Below the pieces are notes generated by a model. It did not search any database and was not told the origin of the DNA. It saw nothing but the letters and a program-made list of their open reading frames with translations. A stretch of 64,000 nt of DNA from a virus (taxonomy: Duplodnaviria > Heunggongvirae > Uroviricota > Caudoviricetes). Both the position numbers and the translations under genes were made by a program. How positions within the stretch are numbered: position 1 is the first letter of the stretch; the number at the start of each line of letters is the position of its first letter. This document shows positions 1 through 7,125 of this stretch, in pieces. The stretch is taken from the IMG/VR virus record IMGVR_UViG_3300023174_000136, positions 1-64,000 of that record. The stretch is one strand, 5' to 3'.

Positions 1-79
1 CTCGTGAAACACCATGTGCATTTTCATCAGCGGCTCTTGACAGGGACTACTGTATTCTTTCGTTAGAGCCAGTGAATCA

Positions 80-328
80 ATGATCAACGACACCGTTGTC
101 ATTTCAGCAAGTAGGTGGCATGAAATTTGTCATGAATTAAATCTGGATGAATACGGTGGTGCCAATGACAGAAAAACAGCATTCGAAGATTGCTTCAACT
201 GTACAGTTACCTGGCGTAGTGGATTACATGAATGGGGTGGCGATCCCTCTACACGGCCTAACCCAACCATGGCTTTGCGATTTTTCGATCCCATTGATGC
301 TACTATTTTTTCTTTGAAGTGGTCATGA
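80..328 (+). CDS. small protein, member 1 of an 'LKWS' C-terminal-motif paralog family
   Basis: ATG ORF of 82 aa. The C-terminus ...DATIFSLKWS shares the motif [DE]A..[FV].L[KR]WS with three neighbouring ORFs. The stop overlaps the next start (ATGA). Confidence 0.5.
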   Translation: MINDTVVISASRWHEICHELNLDEYGGANDRKTAFEDCFNCTVTWRSGLHEWGGDPSTRPNPTMALRFFDPIDATIFSLKWS

Positions 329-654
329 TTCAAACTTATCATGAATATCTAAAGGAAAGAAAGATTATGCAAAACGAACAAAAAATTCACGAGTCTAGGT
401 ATTTTAAACTAGTCAAGGATGTTCATAGGCATCAAAGTGGTAGAGGAGCTAGATTTCAGAATCACAAGATCACTAGTTATAAGATTGTTTCTAAGTATAA
501 TCGTTGGGCTGCTGCTTGGAGTCCTCCCTATAAGGAAGTGACTGCGTTAATTAATGCAGACTTCTATAGGGATAAAGAGTATTCAACATGGAAGTTTTAC
601 AACAGACGAGATGCTGAAAGGGCTTGGGTCTTACTCGCGTTAAAATGGTCATGA
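325..654 (+). CDS. small protein, LKWS-family member 2
   Basis: ATGA overlap with the upstream stop. An alternative start at 367 has a strong AAGGAAAG RBS. The C-terminus is ...AERAWVLLALKWS. Confidence 0.45.
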   Translation: MIQTYHEYLKERKIMQNEQKIHESRYFKLVKDVHRHQSGRGARFQNHKITSYKIVSKYNRWAAAWSPPYKEVTALINADFYRDKEYSTWKFYNRRDAERAWVLLALKWS

Positions 655-830
655 CATCACCGTGGATTCCTGTTACTATCAAGTATGGTAAAAACAGCGA
701 TGGATTAACAACCCACTGGCTAGAGAAAAATTGCCGTGGTCCTTTTAAGATAGAGGATGACTGTGGCGGTTATCGAATTTTATTCAAGAGCAGCAAAGAC
801 GCTGCTTATGTTTTATTGAAGTGGTCTTGA
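651..830 (+). CDS. small protein, LKWS-family member 3
   Basis: ATGA overlap with the previous stop. The C-terminus is ...KDAAYVLLKWS. The track's longer ORF 624..830 is in the same frame. Confidence 0.45.
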   Translation: MTSPWIPVTIKYGKNSDGLTTHWLEKNCRGPFKIEDDCGGYRILFKSSKDAAYVLLKWS

Positions 831-855
831 CACACTAACATTTCCAAGATATAAT
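827..855 (+). promoter_or_regulatory. sigma70-consensus promoter TTGACA-N17-TATAAT
   Basis: TTGACA at 827-832, a 17-nt spacer and TATAAT at 850-855. It lies about 30 nt upstream of the RBS/ATG of the 885 gene. Confidence 0.5.
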
Positions 856-884
856 CAATTTTTAACTAAACGGAGTATTAAAGA

Positions 885-1175
885 ATGGTTACCCCTCCTA
901 TTCCTACTTGCTGGCGTTGCGGTAGTCCTGTGTTCAATCACTTCTTTCGAGGATACGTATGTCCTCACTGTGAGAATATCAAAGCCCTTAAAAACATCGC
1001 TAGAAATCAACAGCCGGTTCAAAGAGATAACCATTATAACAATGGATACCAGCACGAGGAATATCATCAGGACAATAACATCTTCCTTCAAGAAGATAAT
1101 CCTTTTACTTCATTTTTATTGGGATGCGCGGTCTGGTTTGTGATAGGCTACTTTGTATATAAGATGTTTGTGTGA
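885..1175 (+). CDS. zinc-ribbon protein (CxxC...CxxC) with a C-terminal transmembrane helix
   Basis: RBS ACGGAG before the ATG. The protein has CWRC...CPHC and a hydrophobic C-terminus, LLGCAVWFVIGYFVY. Confidence 0.5.
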   Translation: MVTPPIPTCWRCGSPVFNHFFRGYVCPHCENIKALKNIARNQQPVQRDNHYNNGYQHEEYHQDNNIFLQEDNPFTSFLLGCAVWFVIGYFVYKMFV

Positions 1176-1212
1176 ATTACACTGTCAGTGCTAACCTAAA
1201 TGGAGAATAACA

Positions 1213-1455
1213 ATGATTGTACAAATGCAAGACGTTAAATTTAACGAGATCACCCAGGAACGGTTCGACGCCATGATCTCATGGTCAAGGGAACATTTTG
1301 GGCGAAACGCACTTTGGCAGCAGCAGGTTGATAGCGGCAACAGTCGCTGGTTTGCTGCCGTTAACATTCCTCGAAATGAGGAAACTGGTAGAGCCAGATT
1401 TGTATTCAAAAACAACGAAGACGCAACTATGTTTGCACTTCGTTGGAGTTCATAA
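1213..1455 (+). CDS. small protein, LKWS-family member 4
   Basis: RBS TGGAGA before the ATG. The C-terminus ...EDATMFALRWSS matches the family motif. Confidence 0.5.
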   Translation: MIVQMQDVKFNEITQERFDAMISWSREHFGRNALWQQQVDSGNSRWFAAVNIPRNEETGRARFVFKNNEDATMFALRWSS

Positions 1456-1470
1456 TTATAAGGAGAAAAA

Positions 1471-1606
1471 TGTGGACGAAGTAACAGTAGAGCAGATTAT
1501 CAATAATTACCAGGCATATGTATTCTGGGCATCTAAACAAATTTTAGAACTAGAAGATGAAATTAACATATTAAAAAATCAAGAGAGAGCGATAAACAGT
1601 GATTGA
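1471..1606 (+). CDS. hypothetical small protein with a GTG start
   Basis: AAGGAG sits 6 nt upstream of GTG at 1471. The track's ORF 1298..1606 is in the same frame but overlaps the previous gene. Confidence 0.25.
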
Positions 1607-1678
1607 ATACTTTAAGGTATTAATACCATTTACAATTTACAAACTACGAACTACCATTCGTCGGTTATTCACGAGAAA

Positions 1679-2488
1679 ATGATTATGACCGATAATACGG
1701 AAGTTAGGCCAACTTGTCAGGAACCTGGCTGTGATCGACCTTGTCATTTAAATAGTACTCATAAGAAGACAGGAAGAAAAATTTGGCGAAAGTTATGTGG
1801 CAAATGTCATGGTGATAAAATTGCTGCTAAACATGGACTAAAGAACTTATCTCAGGTAATTGCCAAGAAAGCTGGATTTGATAGTCCTCGTGCGCTTCAA
1901 CTTCATCGCATCAAAGAGCAAGGCTTTGAAAGTGAACGAGACTATCTAGACTACAAGGCAAGAGAGCAAGGATTTGAAAATCATCGCGCGCTTGAACTAC
2001 ATCGCATCAAGGAACGAGGTTTTAGTAGTGAGCGTGAATATCTAGACCACAGGGCCAGAGAACAAGGATTTGAAAATCTTCGTGCGCTTGAACTACATCG
2101 TCTCAAGGAACGAGGTTTTAGTAGTGAGCGTGAATATCTAGAACATAAGGCCAGAGAGCAAGGCTTTGAAAGTCATTATGCGTTACTAGATCACCGAGCG
2201 GTCCAAAAGGGATTTGCAAATCATATTGAATATACCAACTCCAGGCATCCTTATCTGCGATACCGAAAGAATTATTGCGAAAACCACGATGGATCGAAAT
2301 TAGGATTTCGGTGTACATCGACTATTTTAATCTCGGCACAGTTGGATGTTGATCACATAGACGGCGATCCATCTAATAATGATCCTAGTAATCTACAGAC
2401 CTTGTGCAAGTGTTGCCACACATATAAAACACATGAAAGCAAAGACTGGCGCTCACCAGGTCGAAAATCTCTAGGAATCAAATACTGA
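1679..2488 (+). CDS. HNH endonuclease with an N-terminal Cys/His zinc-finger-like region and internal 32-aa tandem repeats
   Basis: The C-terminal motif DVDHIDGDPSNNDPSNLQTLCKCCH is an HNH signature. Three and a bit copies of the unit RALELHRIKERGFSSEREYLDHRAREQGFENx are visible. Confidence 0.75.
   Translation: MIMTDNTEVRPTCQEPGCDRPCHLNSTHKKTGRKIWRKLCGKCHGDKIAAKHGLKNLSQVIAKKAGFDSPRALQLHRIKEQGFESERDYLDYKAREQGFENHRALELHRIKERGFSSEREYLDHRAREQGFENLRALELHRLKERGFSSEREYLEHKAREQGFESHYALLDHRAVQKGFANHIEYTNSRHPYLRYRKNYCENHDGSKLGFRCTSTILISAQLDVDHIDGDPSNNDPSNLQTLCKCCHTYKTHESKDWRSPGRKSLGIKY
1889..2230 (+). repeat. 96-bp coding tandem repeat (about 3.4 copies) inside the HNH gene
   Basis: Near-identical DNA units, for example ...cttgaactacatcgcatcaaggaacgaggttttagtagtgagcgtgaatatctaga..., are repeated. 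Confidence 0.7.
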
Positions 2489-2498
2489 ATTGTTTCTG

Positions 2499-2539
2499 TG
2501 TTGTCAACCTGTTTTTTACATGTGATCAGGTTGACAACA
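2499..2539. promoter_or_regulatory. perfect 13-bp inverted repeat with a 15-nt loop, overlapping the -35 of the downstream promoter
   Basis: tgttgtcaacctg at 2499-2511 is the exact reverse complement of caggttgacaaca at 2527-2539. No U-tract follows, so this is more likely an operator or processing site than an intrinsic terminator. Confidence 0.45.
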
Positions 2540-2559
2540 GGAATGCAATGGGATATAAT
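2531..2559 (+). promoter_or_regulatory. sigma70-consensus promoter TTGACA-N17-TATAAT
   Basis: TTGACA at 2531-2536 and TATAAT at 2554-2559 with an exact 17-nt spacer. It sits upstream of the GGAGG RBS of the 2587 gene. Confidence 0.55.
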
Positions 2560-2586
2560 CACGTCATCAACACATGGAGGTGATTT

Positions 2587-2892
2587 ATGAGCAGAGGCAA
2601 ATATAGTCCAGCACTTAGCTTCAAGGATGCAAATCGTCCGTATACTGATTATTGCTATAATGCTGATGGACAGATTCCGCCTGAAACGTGGGCCGAAGGT
2701 GAATACGACACCCGAACTCATTTCGGCAACTACGACGAAAACGGCTATGACAGTTACGGCTATAGTGCGTTTGATATCGATGGCAACTACATCGGAATTG
2801 GCGAAGGTATCGATCGGTGGGGTTACACAGAAATGGATTACCTCACCATGAGTGATGAGGAATTTGAACGCATTTGTTATGGTGGAGGCTGA
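2587..2892 (+). CDS. acidic Asp/Glu/Tyr-rich small protein
   Basis: Strong RBS GGAGGTGA. The 101-aa ORF is of low complexity and acidic (YDENGYDSYGYSAFDIDGNY). Confidence 0.6.
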   Translation: MSRGKYSPALSFKDANRPYTDYCYNADGQIPPETWAEGEYDTRTHFGNYDENGYDSYGYSAFDIDGNYIGIGEGIDRWGYTEMDYLTMSDEEFERICYGGG

Positions 2893-2893
2893 T

Positions 2894-2992
2894 ATGACAT
2901 CGCTTGATAAATTACTGCTTGCGCTATTGATGGTTAATTTCTGTGCTTGGACGTATGGCATTATTGTCGCCAAGCGCTGTGGTAAAATCTAA
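2894..2992 (+). CDS. possible 32-aa hydrophobic micro-protein
   Basis: ATG lies immediately after the upstream stop. The peptide MTSLDKLLLALLMVNFCAWTYGIIVAKRCGKI is hydrophobic. Confidence 0.2.
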   Translation: MTSLDKLLLALLMVNFCAWTYGIIVAKRCGKI

Positions 2993-2998
2993 GGAGAA

Positions 2999-3289
2999 AT
3001 GAGTATGCTGAATGCCAAAGAACTTACTGATAAGATCGCTGAATATAAGAGCCTGCTTTGGTTGCAGAAGCGATATGTCGAAGACAACCACCGTCTTACC
3101 AAGAGCAACGATCTTGTGCCACCTGTTTTTAATCAGGCCGGATCTTATGGTATTAATCGCACAGACAGTAAGGAAACTATTGAGACTATTATCAAGTATT
3201 CCGCTGTTAACGCAATCGAAGGGCAGATCAAAGTGCTTGAAGGCGAATTTAAGCGCATGAAAGTTTCTCTGGAAGGAATTGAAGCATGA
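2999..3289 (+). CDS. hypothetical protein
   Basis: AAGGAG RBS. An alternative ATG at 3005 has better spacing. 96 aa. Confidence 0.55.
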   Translation: MSMLNAKELTDKIAEYKSLLWLQKRYVEDNHRLTKSNDLVPPVFNQAGSYGINRTDSKETIETIIKYSAVNAIEGQIKVLEGEFKRMKVSLEGIEA

Positions 3290-3444
3290 TGGATCGTTAT
3301 CAACAAATCAAGCAACTTGCAGGCGCTGCTGAAATGCTTTATCGGCTAATGCCTTATGTAGATGCCAAATATGCAGAGACGCTCCTAACTATCGCAGACA
3401 ACATTGCTGATCTTGCAGATAAAATCGAAGAGGACGAAGACTAA
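3286..3444 (+). CDS. hypothetical small protein (52 aa)
   Basis: ATGA overlap with the upstream stop. The peptide MMDRYQQIKQLAGAAEMLYRLMPYVDAKYAETLLTIADNIADLADKIEEDED fills the gap left by the 60-aa ORF-track cutoff. Confidence 0.4.
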   Translation: MMDRYQQIKQLAGAAEMLYRLMPYVDAKYAETLLTIADNIADLADKIEEDED

Positions 3445-3599
3445 TGGACTACAACAAAACTCCACATGCCGAAGACTTTTCTTTTGAAATTGACAAGCTC
3501 ATTGACGAATACTATCGTCGTGATCTCAGTCTTGAAAACATGATGAAGATCATTAACGACGTTTTTGAATTATACAATATTGGCGACGAGTACGTATAA
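3444..3599 (+). CDS. hypothetical small protein (51 aa)
   Basis: TAATG overlaps at both ends. The peptide is MDYNKTPHAEDFSFEIDKLIDEYYRRDLSLENMMKIINDVFELYNIGDEYV. Confidence 0.4.
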   Translation: MDYNKTPHAEDFSFEIDKLIDEYYRRDLSLENMMKIINDVFELYNIGDEYV

Positions 3600-3799
3600 T
3601 GGCAACGCCCGAGCAATACACATATTCGTTAACGGACACTGATGGTCGGGCGTACCAGGAAATCACCATGCCTACCGGCATCACTTTCCGTATGTATGAA
3701 GATACCCCTTATGTATGGACACAGGCCACATCTGGTGAAAACTGGTTCGAACCCTGCTTACAAGCATGGGAACGTGGTGATATGAAAGCGAAAAAGTAA
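3599..3799 (+). CDS. hypothetical protein
   Basis: Translationally coupled by TAATG. 66 aa. Confidence 0.5.
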   Translation: MATPEQYTYSLTDTDGRAYQEITMPTGITFRMYEDTPYVWTQATSGENWFEPCLQAWERGDMKAKK

Positions 3800-4140
3800 T
3801 GGAACAGAATTCTCCGTTCAATATTGACTCGTGGAATCGCAACGACGAACGAGTTGGGTATTTTCCTTATGCTCCAGGGGTCGACCGTAACGGCAATGAA
3901 TGTATCATGGTTGTTCAGTATGATCCTAGTGCATCTGGCTGTAATCCCTACTATTGGGAACCTTCACGCAACGGCGTGTATCCCGGTTGGGAATTTGCTT
4001 CGCAAGAGTCAGCAGAACACCAGGCCAAGTATGCTCGCGGATCATGGGCGACGACAAGTGTTGACACCGACAGCATCAAAATTGCTGCAATTTTTTCCAC
4101 TGTAACAAAGACAGCGGTTTATATGGGAGACGTAGCATGA
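3799..4140 (+). CDS. hypothetical protein
   Basis: TAATG overlap. 113 aa. Confidence 0.55.
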   Translation: MEQNSPFNIDSWNRNDERVGYFPYAPGVDRNGNECIMVVQYDPSASGCNPYYWEPSRNGVYPGWEFASQESAEHQAKYARGSWATTSVDTDSIKIAAIFSTVTKTAVYMGDVA

Positions 4141-4301
4141 CAGTCAAGGAACTTAAAGAACTACTTGACAAAATGCCTGACGATGCTAAAGTATTCTATG
4201 AAGGCGGCGAATACCTGTATGATTATCGCAGCGTCTACAAAGTAGAATACAACGAACATGCAACTTTGGCCTCGTCTGGCCATTCAGTTTTTATTAGGTG
4301 A
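4137..4301 (+). CDS. hypothetical small protein (54 aa)
   Basis: ATGA overlap. The peptide begins MTVKELKELLDKMPDDAKVFYEGGEYLYDY... Confidence 0.4.
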   Translation: MTVKELKELLDKMPDDAKVFYEGGEYLYDYRSVYKVEYNEHATLASSGHSVFIR

Positions 4302-4304
4302 CAT

Positions 4305-4670
4305 ATGGGCATTAACACTCATTATTATACTGCCTATGGCGTTTACGTCGAGGACTACGACGACGATCTTTCTGATGAACTGTTCGGCGAAAACGATCTT
4401 TATAACCTGTTTGAAGACGGCACATTGCCTGAAGACTTTGGTCTTATCATGGATGGCATGAGTGGCAACTATATGGTCTTTGGTAAGATCCTATTTGACT
4501 CTGGCGACTTACGATACAATGATTTCAAGGATACTTTTGTCGAGATCGAAGTGGATGCGCTTGCTGAACACAAAGAGCAGTATATAGAACAGTTTATGAA
4601 CTATTTTCCTAGCTTTGGTCATTACATGGATCGGGAATGGAAGTTAATGACTTTCATGCACCTTAGCTAA
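4305..4670 (+). CDS. hypothetical acidic protein
   Basis: ORF of 121 aa, coupled to the next gene. Confidence 0.55.
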   Translation: MGINTHYYTAYGVYVEDYDDDLSDELFGENDLYNLFEDGTLPEDFGLIMDGMSGNYMVFGKILFDSGDLRYNDFKDTFVEIEVDALAEHKEQYIEQFMNYFPSFGHYMDREWKLMTFMHLS

Positions 4671-4951
4671 TGAAACTACCAGTTAACTATAATGATCTGA
4701 CGCCTAAGCAAAGACGAGAAGTTAGAGAGTTCTACTGTCGATGGCAAGATTGGAAATGCTGTCATTGTAACAATCATTTGCTCAAGGACCCAGCAGATTT
4801 TGTGCAGAAGTTGCGGTTAGATCTGGATTTGTTTCCTCTAGGCTTTCTAAAGCATCCTATACATTTGCACCACGATCATAAAACAGGCTTGACCATAGGC
4901 GCAGTTCATGCTAAATGTAACGGCGTCCTGTGGCAATACCACGAAGAGTAA
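4670..4951 (+). CDS. HNH / endonuclease-VII-like zinc-binding nuclease motif protein
   Basis: CCHCNN...HLHHDHKTGLTIGAVHAKCN matches the HNH layout (H-x-D-H...G...H..CN). Confidence 0.45.
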   Translation: MKLPVNYNDLTPKQRREVREFYCRWQDWKCCHCNNHLLKDPADFVQKLRLDLDLFPLGFLKHPIHLHHDHKTGLTIGAVHAKCNGVLWQYHEE

Positions 4952-4996
4952 GAAATCTAAAAATTTGTTAGCGTTGGCAATATCACGGAGAATAAA

Positions 4997-5323
4997 ATGA
5001 ATAACGAGATTAGAACCGCAATGCAGCTTTTTGAAAACAAGCTGGCATCCTTTTGGCAGATCGATGGTGAGATGCAGTGGTGTGAAGACGACCGCATCTA
5101 CAAGATGGAATCCCGTCAAAGAACTCTTGAGAAGGAAGTTGACCGGGCTCGTGAAAATCTAATCATGGAAATTATGAAGATTGAACAGGCTGTTGCGCAT
5201 CCTGAATCAATTAACAAGCGACGTGATCATGCTGCAAGTTGGGACATCAATCCTGATCGCATGGGTGGACAGTTCACTCAGGACGAAATTGATGAATCAA
5301 GCCGCGGCGGTCATGGGTGGTGA
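4997..5323 (+). CDS. hypothetical protein
   Basis: RBS CGGAGA before the ATG. 108 aa. Confidence 0.55.
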   Translation: MNNEIRTAMQLFENKLASFWQIDGEMQWCEDDRIYKMESRQRTLEKEVDRARENLIMEIMKIEQAVAHPESINKRRDHAASWDINPDRMGGQFTQDEIDESSRGGHGW

Positions 5324-5327
5324 AACT

Positions 5328-5492
5328 ATGAAACCTAAAATAGCATATCTCATTGACGAAAACGCCGGCTGGGACGACGAAGCTAGCTGGCAATTTTATA
5401 CCGAAGAGGATGTTCCTCACTATAAGATTGAACATGCTCGCAAAGATCGCATCAAGCGAATTGTTTATTGGGAGATTGATGAGTCCATATAA
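5328..5492 (+). CDS. hypothetical small protein
   Basis: ATG follows a GGTGGTGA RBS. It is in the same frame as the track's ORF 5181..5492, which overlaps the previous gene. Confidence 0.35.
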   Translation: MKPKIAYLIDENAGWDDEASWQFYTEEDVPHYKIEHARKDRIKRIVYWEIDESI

Positions 5493-5598
5493 TAACAGTT
5501 GACGTTATTAGACTAATCAAATATACTAATCACAGTTAAACACACAAGGAGTTAATACTACTCTTGCCGCCGCATCGCTTGCTCTTTCTGGCTGCGAA

Positions 5599-6036
5599 TT
5601 GCCTGAATCTTCTGATAGTCTTCAGAATCAGAAGCAGGAACAACTTTCTAAGGCTTCTGTACAGTCTGTAGGACTTCCTGCAATTGTTAACTTTCAGGAA
5701 AAGCGTATTCTCAAGGACATCCTGGAACTGCGTGACCGTGCAGACCTACGCACATATACCTATGTTACCGACATGAACGGCCGCTTGCACAAGCGTTGTG
5801 ACAGCATTGGCTACGGCATTCCTTACGCCACGCAGTTCACAAATCCTGAGAAGATTGCAGCCTCTTATCAGAGCGGTTATGCAATCATGCCTCAGGCTGA
5901 TCCCAATGGCTTGTTTAGCCCTGCTAGTGCTGATGGCACTTGGGTGCTTTGCAAGGTTCCAGGCAGCGACAAGGTGTCGCCTACCTTCTTTGAAGACCGC
6001 GTGACGGTCTCCACTTTCCCTCTTGAAAACAACTAA
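5599..6036 (+). CDS. lipoprotein-like paralog A (start uncertain)
   Basis: About 50% identical to the next gene. In frame upstream is a lipobox-like TTLAAASLALSGC, but there is no canonical start before the TTG at 5599. Confidence 0.5.
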   Translation: MPESSDSLQNQKQEQLSKASVQSVGLPAIVNFQEKRILKDILELRDRADLRTYTYVTDMNGRLHKRCDSIGYGIPYATQFTNPEKIAASYQSGYAIMPQADPNGLFSPASADGTWVLCKVPGSDKVSPTFFEDRVTVSTFPLENN

Positions 6037-6048
6037 GGAGACTACGCT

Positions 6049-6525
6049 ATGAAGCGTGTTCTAATCCTTGCGGCAATTGCAAGTACATTTACACTTGCCG
6101 GCTGCGGCGATCCCAAGAGTTACCAAACTAGTGATCAGATTCAGAATGAACAGCAGGAGCGGCTGAACAGGAATGCTGTTGAGTCTGTGGGCATGCCTGC
6201 CATCATTAATTTTTCAGAAAAGCGCCTTATGAAGGACATTCTTGAAATGCGTGATCAGAATGCTGTCACCTACACTTATCTAGTTGGCATGAACAACCAG
6301 CTTACCAAGTTCTGTGATTCAGTGGGATTTGGTCTTCCATATGCCACGCAGTATACTAATCCACAGAAGTATAATGGCATGTCTCAAGCCGACCCCAATG
6401 GGTTGTATTCACCTGCTAGTGCAGATGGCACTTGGGTAGCATGTCGGGTTCCTGGTCAAGATAAGGTGAAGCCAGTTTTCATTGAACCTCGCGTTATTGT
6501 TTCACCGTTTCCAATTAACATTTAA
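6049..6525 (+). CDS. lipoprotein paralog B (signal peptide plus lipobox LAGC)
   Basis: AAGGAG RBS. The N-terminus is MKRVLILAAIASTFTLAGCGD. It is a paralog of the 5599 ORF. Confidence 0.65.
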   Translation: MKRVLILAAIASTFTLAGCGDPKSYQTSDQIQNEQQERLNRNAVESVGMPAIINFSEKRLMKDILEMRDQNAVTYTYLVGMNNQLTKFCDSVGFGLPYATQYTNPQKYNGMSQADPNGLYSPASADGTWVACRVPGQDKVKPVFIEPRVIVSPFPINI

Positions 6526-6537
6526 GGAGTTAATATA

Positions 6538-6879
6538 ATGAAAGAATTGTTTGGAGCCGTATTTTCGGCAGTTATTATGGGTTGCTTGGCTGTTGCATTC
6601 ATTGTAGGTCTTAGTTTTGGCAGCTATAAGATGTATGAGTATTTTGCTCCACGATATACCGCGATTGATGCCAAGGTTTTTAAGGAATCGGTGCAGTACA
6701 ACGAAGGCATGATTCGCGATCTCTCCGAACTCCAGCGTCAGTATATTACCGCTGACGCAGACGGCAAGGCAGCACTTAAGCCGATCATCCTGCACCGCTT
6801 TGAAGTATATGATCGTGATCGTCTTCCTGCTGATCTTCGTAGCTTTTACGACAGCATTAATTCGCCTACCTCTAATTAA
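6538..6879 (+). CDS. membrane protein (N-terminal transmembrane helix)
   Basis: AAGGAG RBS. The N-terminus is hydrophobic, VFSAVIMGCLAVAFIVGL. Confidence 0.55.
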   Translation: MKELFGAVFSAVIMGCLAVAFIVGLSFGSYKMYEYFAPRYTAIDAKVFKESVQYNEGMIRDLSELQRQYITADADGKAALKPIILHRFEVYDRDRLPADLRSFYDSINSPTSN

Positions 6880-6895
6880 GGATATATTAAATGAA
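6859..6895 (+). repeat. 37-bp direct repeat, copy 1 (36/37 identical to 8189-8225)
   Basis: The sequence is aattcgcctaYctctaattaaggatatattaaatga. Here it encodes the C-terminus of the 6538 gene plus the RBS and ATG of the 6891 gene. Confidence 0.6.
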
Positions 6896-7055
6896 TTTTG
6901 AAGAAAAACTCGAAGCATTGCGTAGTGATGTCAACCAAATTATGGAACACTTAAACTTGCAAAGCGACTATGTGGGTCTTGCGGAAGTTGCGCAGGATAT
7001 TGAACGCTGCAAACAGCGAGCAGAAATTATCTTTCGTCTCGTTGATTCTAACTAA
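6891..7055 (+). CDS. hypothetical small protein (54 aa)
   Basis: AAGGAT RBS. The peptide begins MNFEEKLEALRSDVNQIMEHLNLQSDYVGLAEVAQDIERC... Confidence 0.4.
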   Translation: MNFEEKLEALRSDVNQIMEHLNLQSDYVGLAEVAQDIERCKQRAEIIFRLVDSN

Positions 7056-7125
7056 GGAAATAGATTATAATATTTGGGGAGTAGTTGCCTACTCCCCAAT
7101 TTGTTTGATGCCTTGTGGAGTTTTA

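Noticed and set aside
2353-2973. 206-aa minus-strand ORF
   Set aside because: It overlaps the promoter, RBS and the well-supported + strand gene 2587-2892. It has no RBS. It is likely a spurious antisense ORF.
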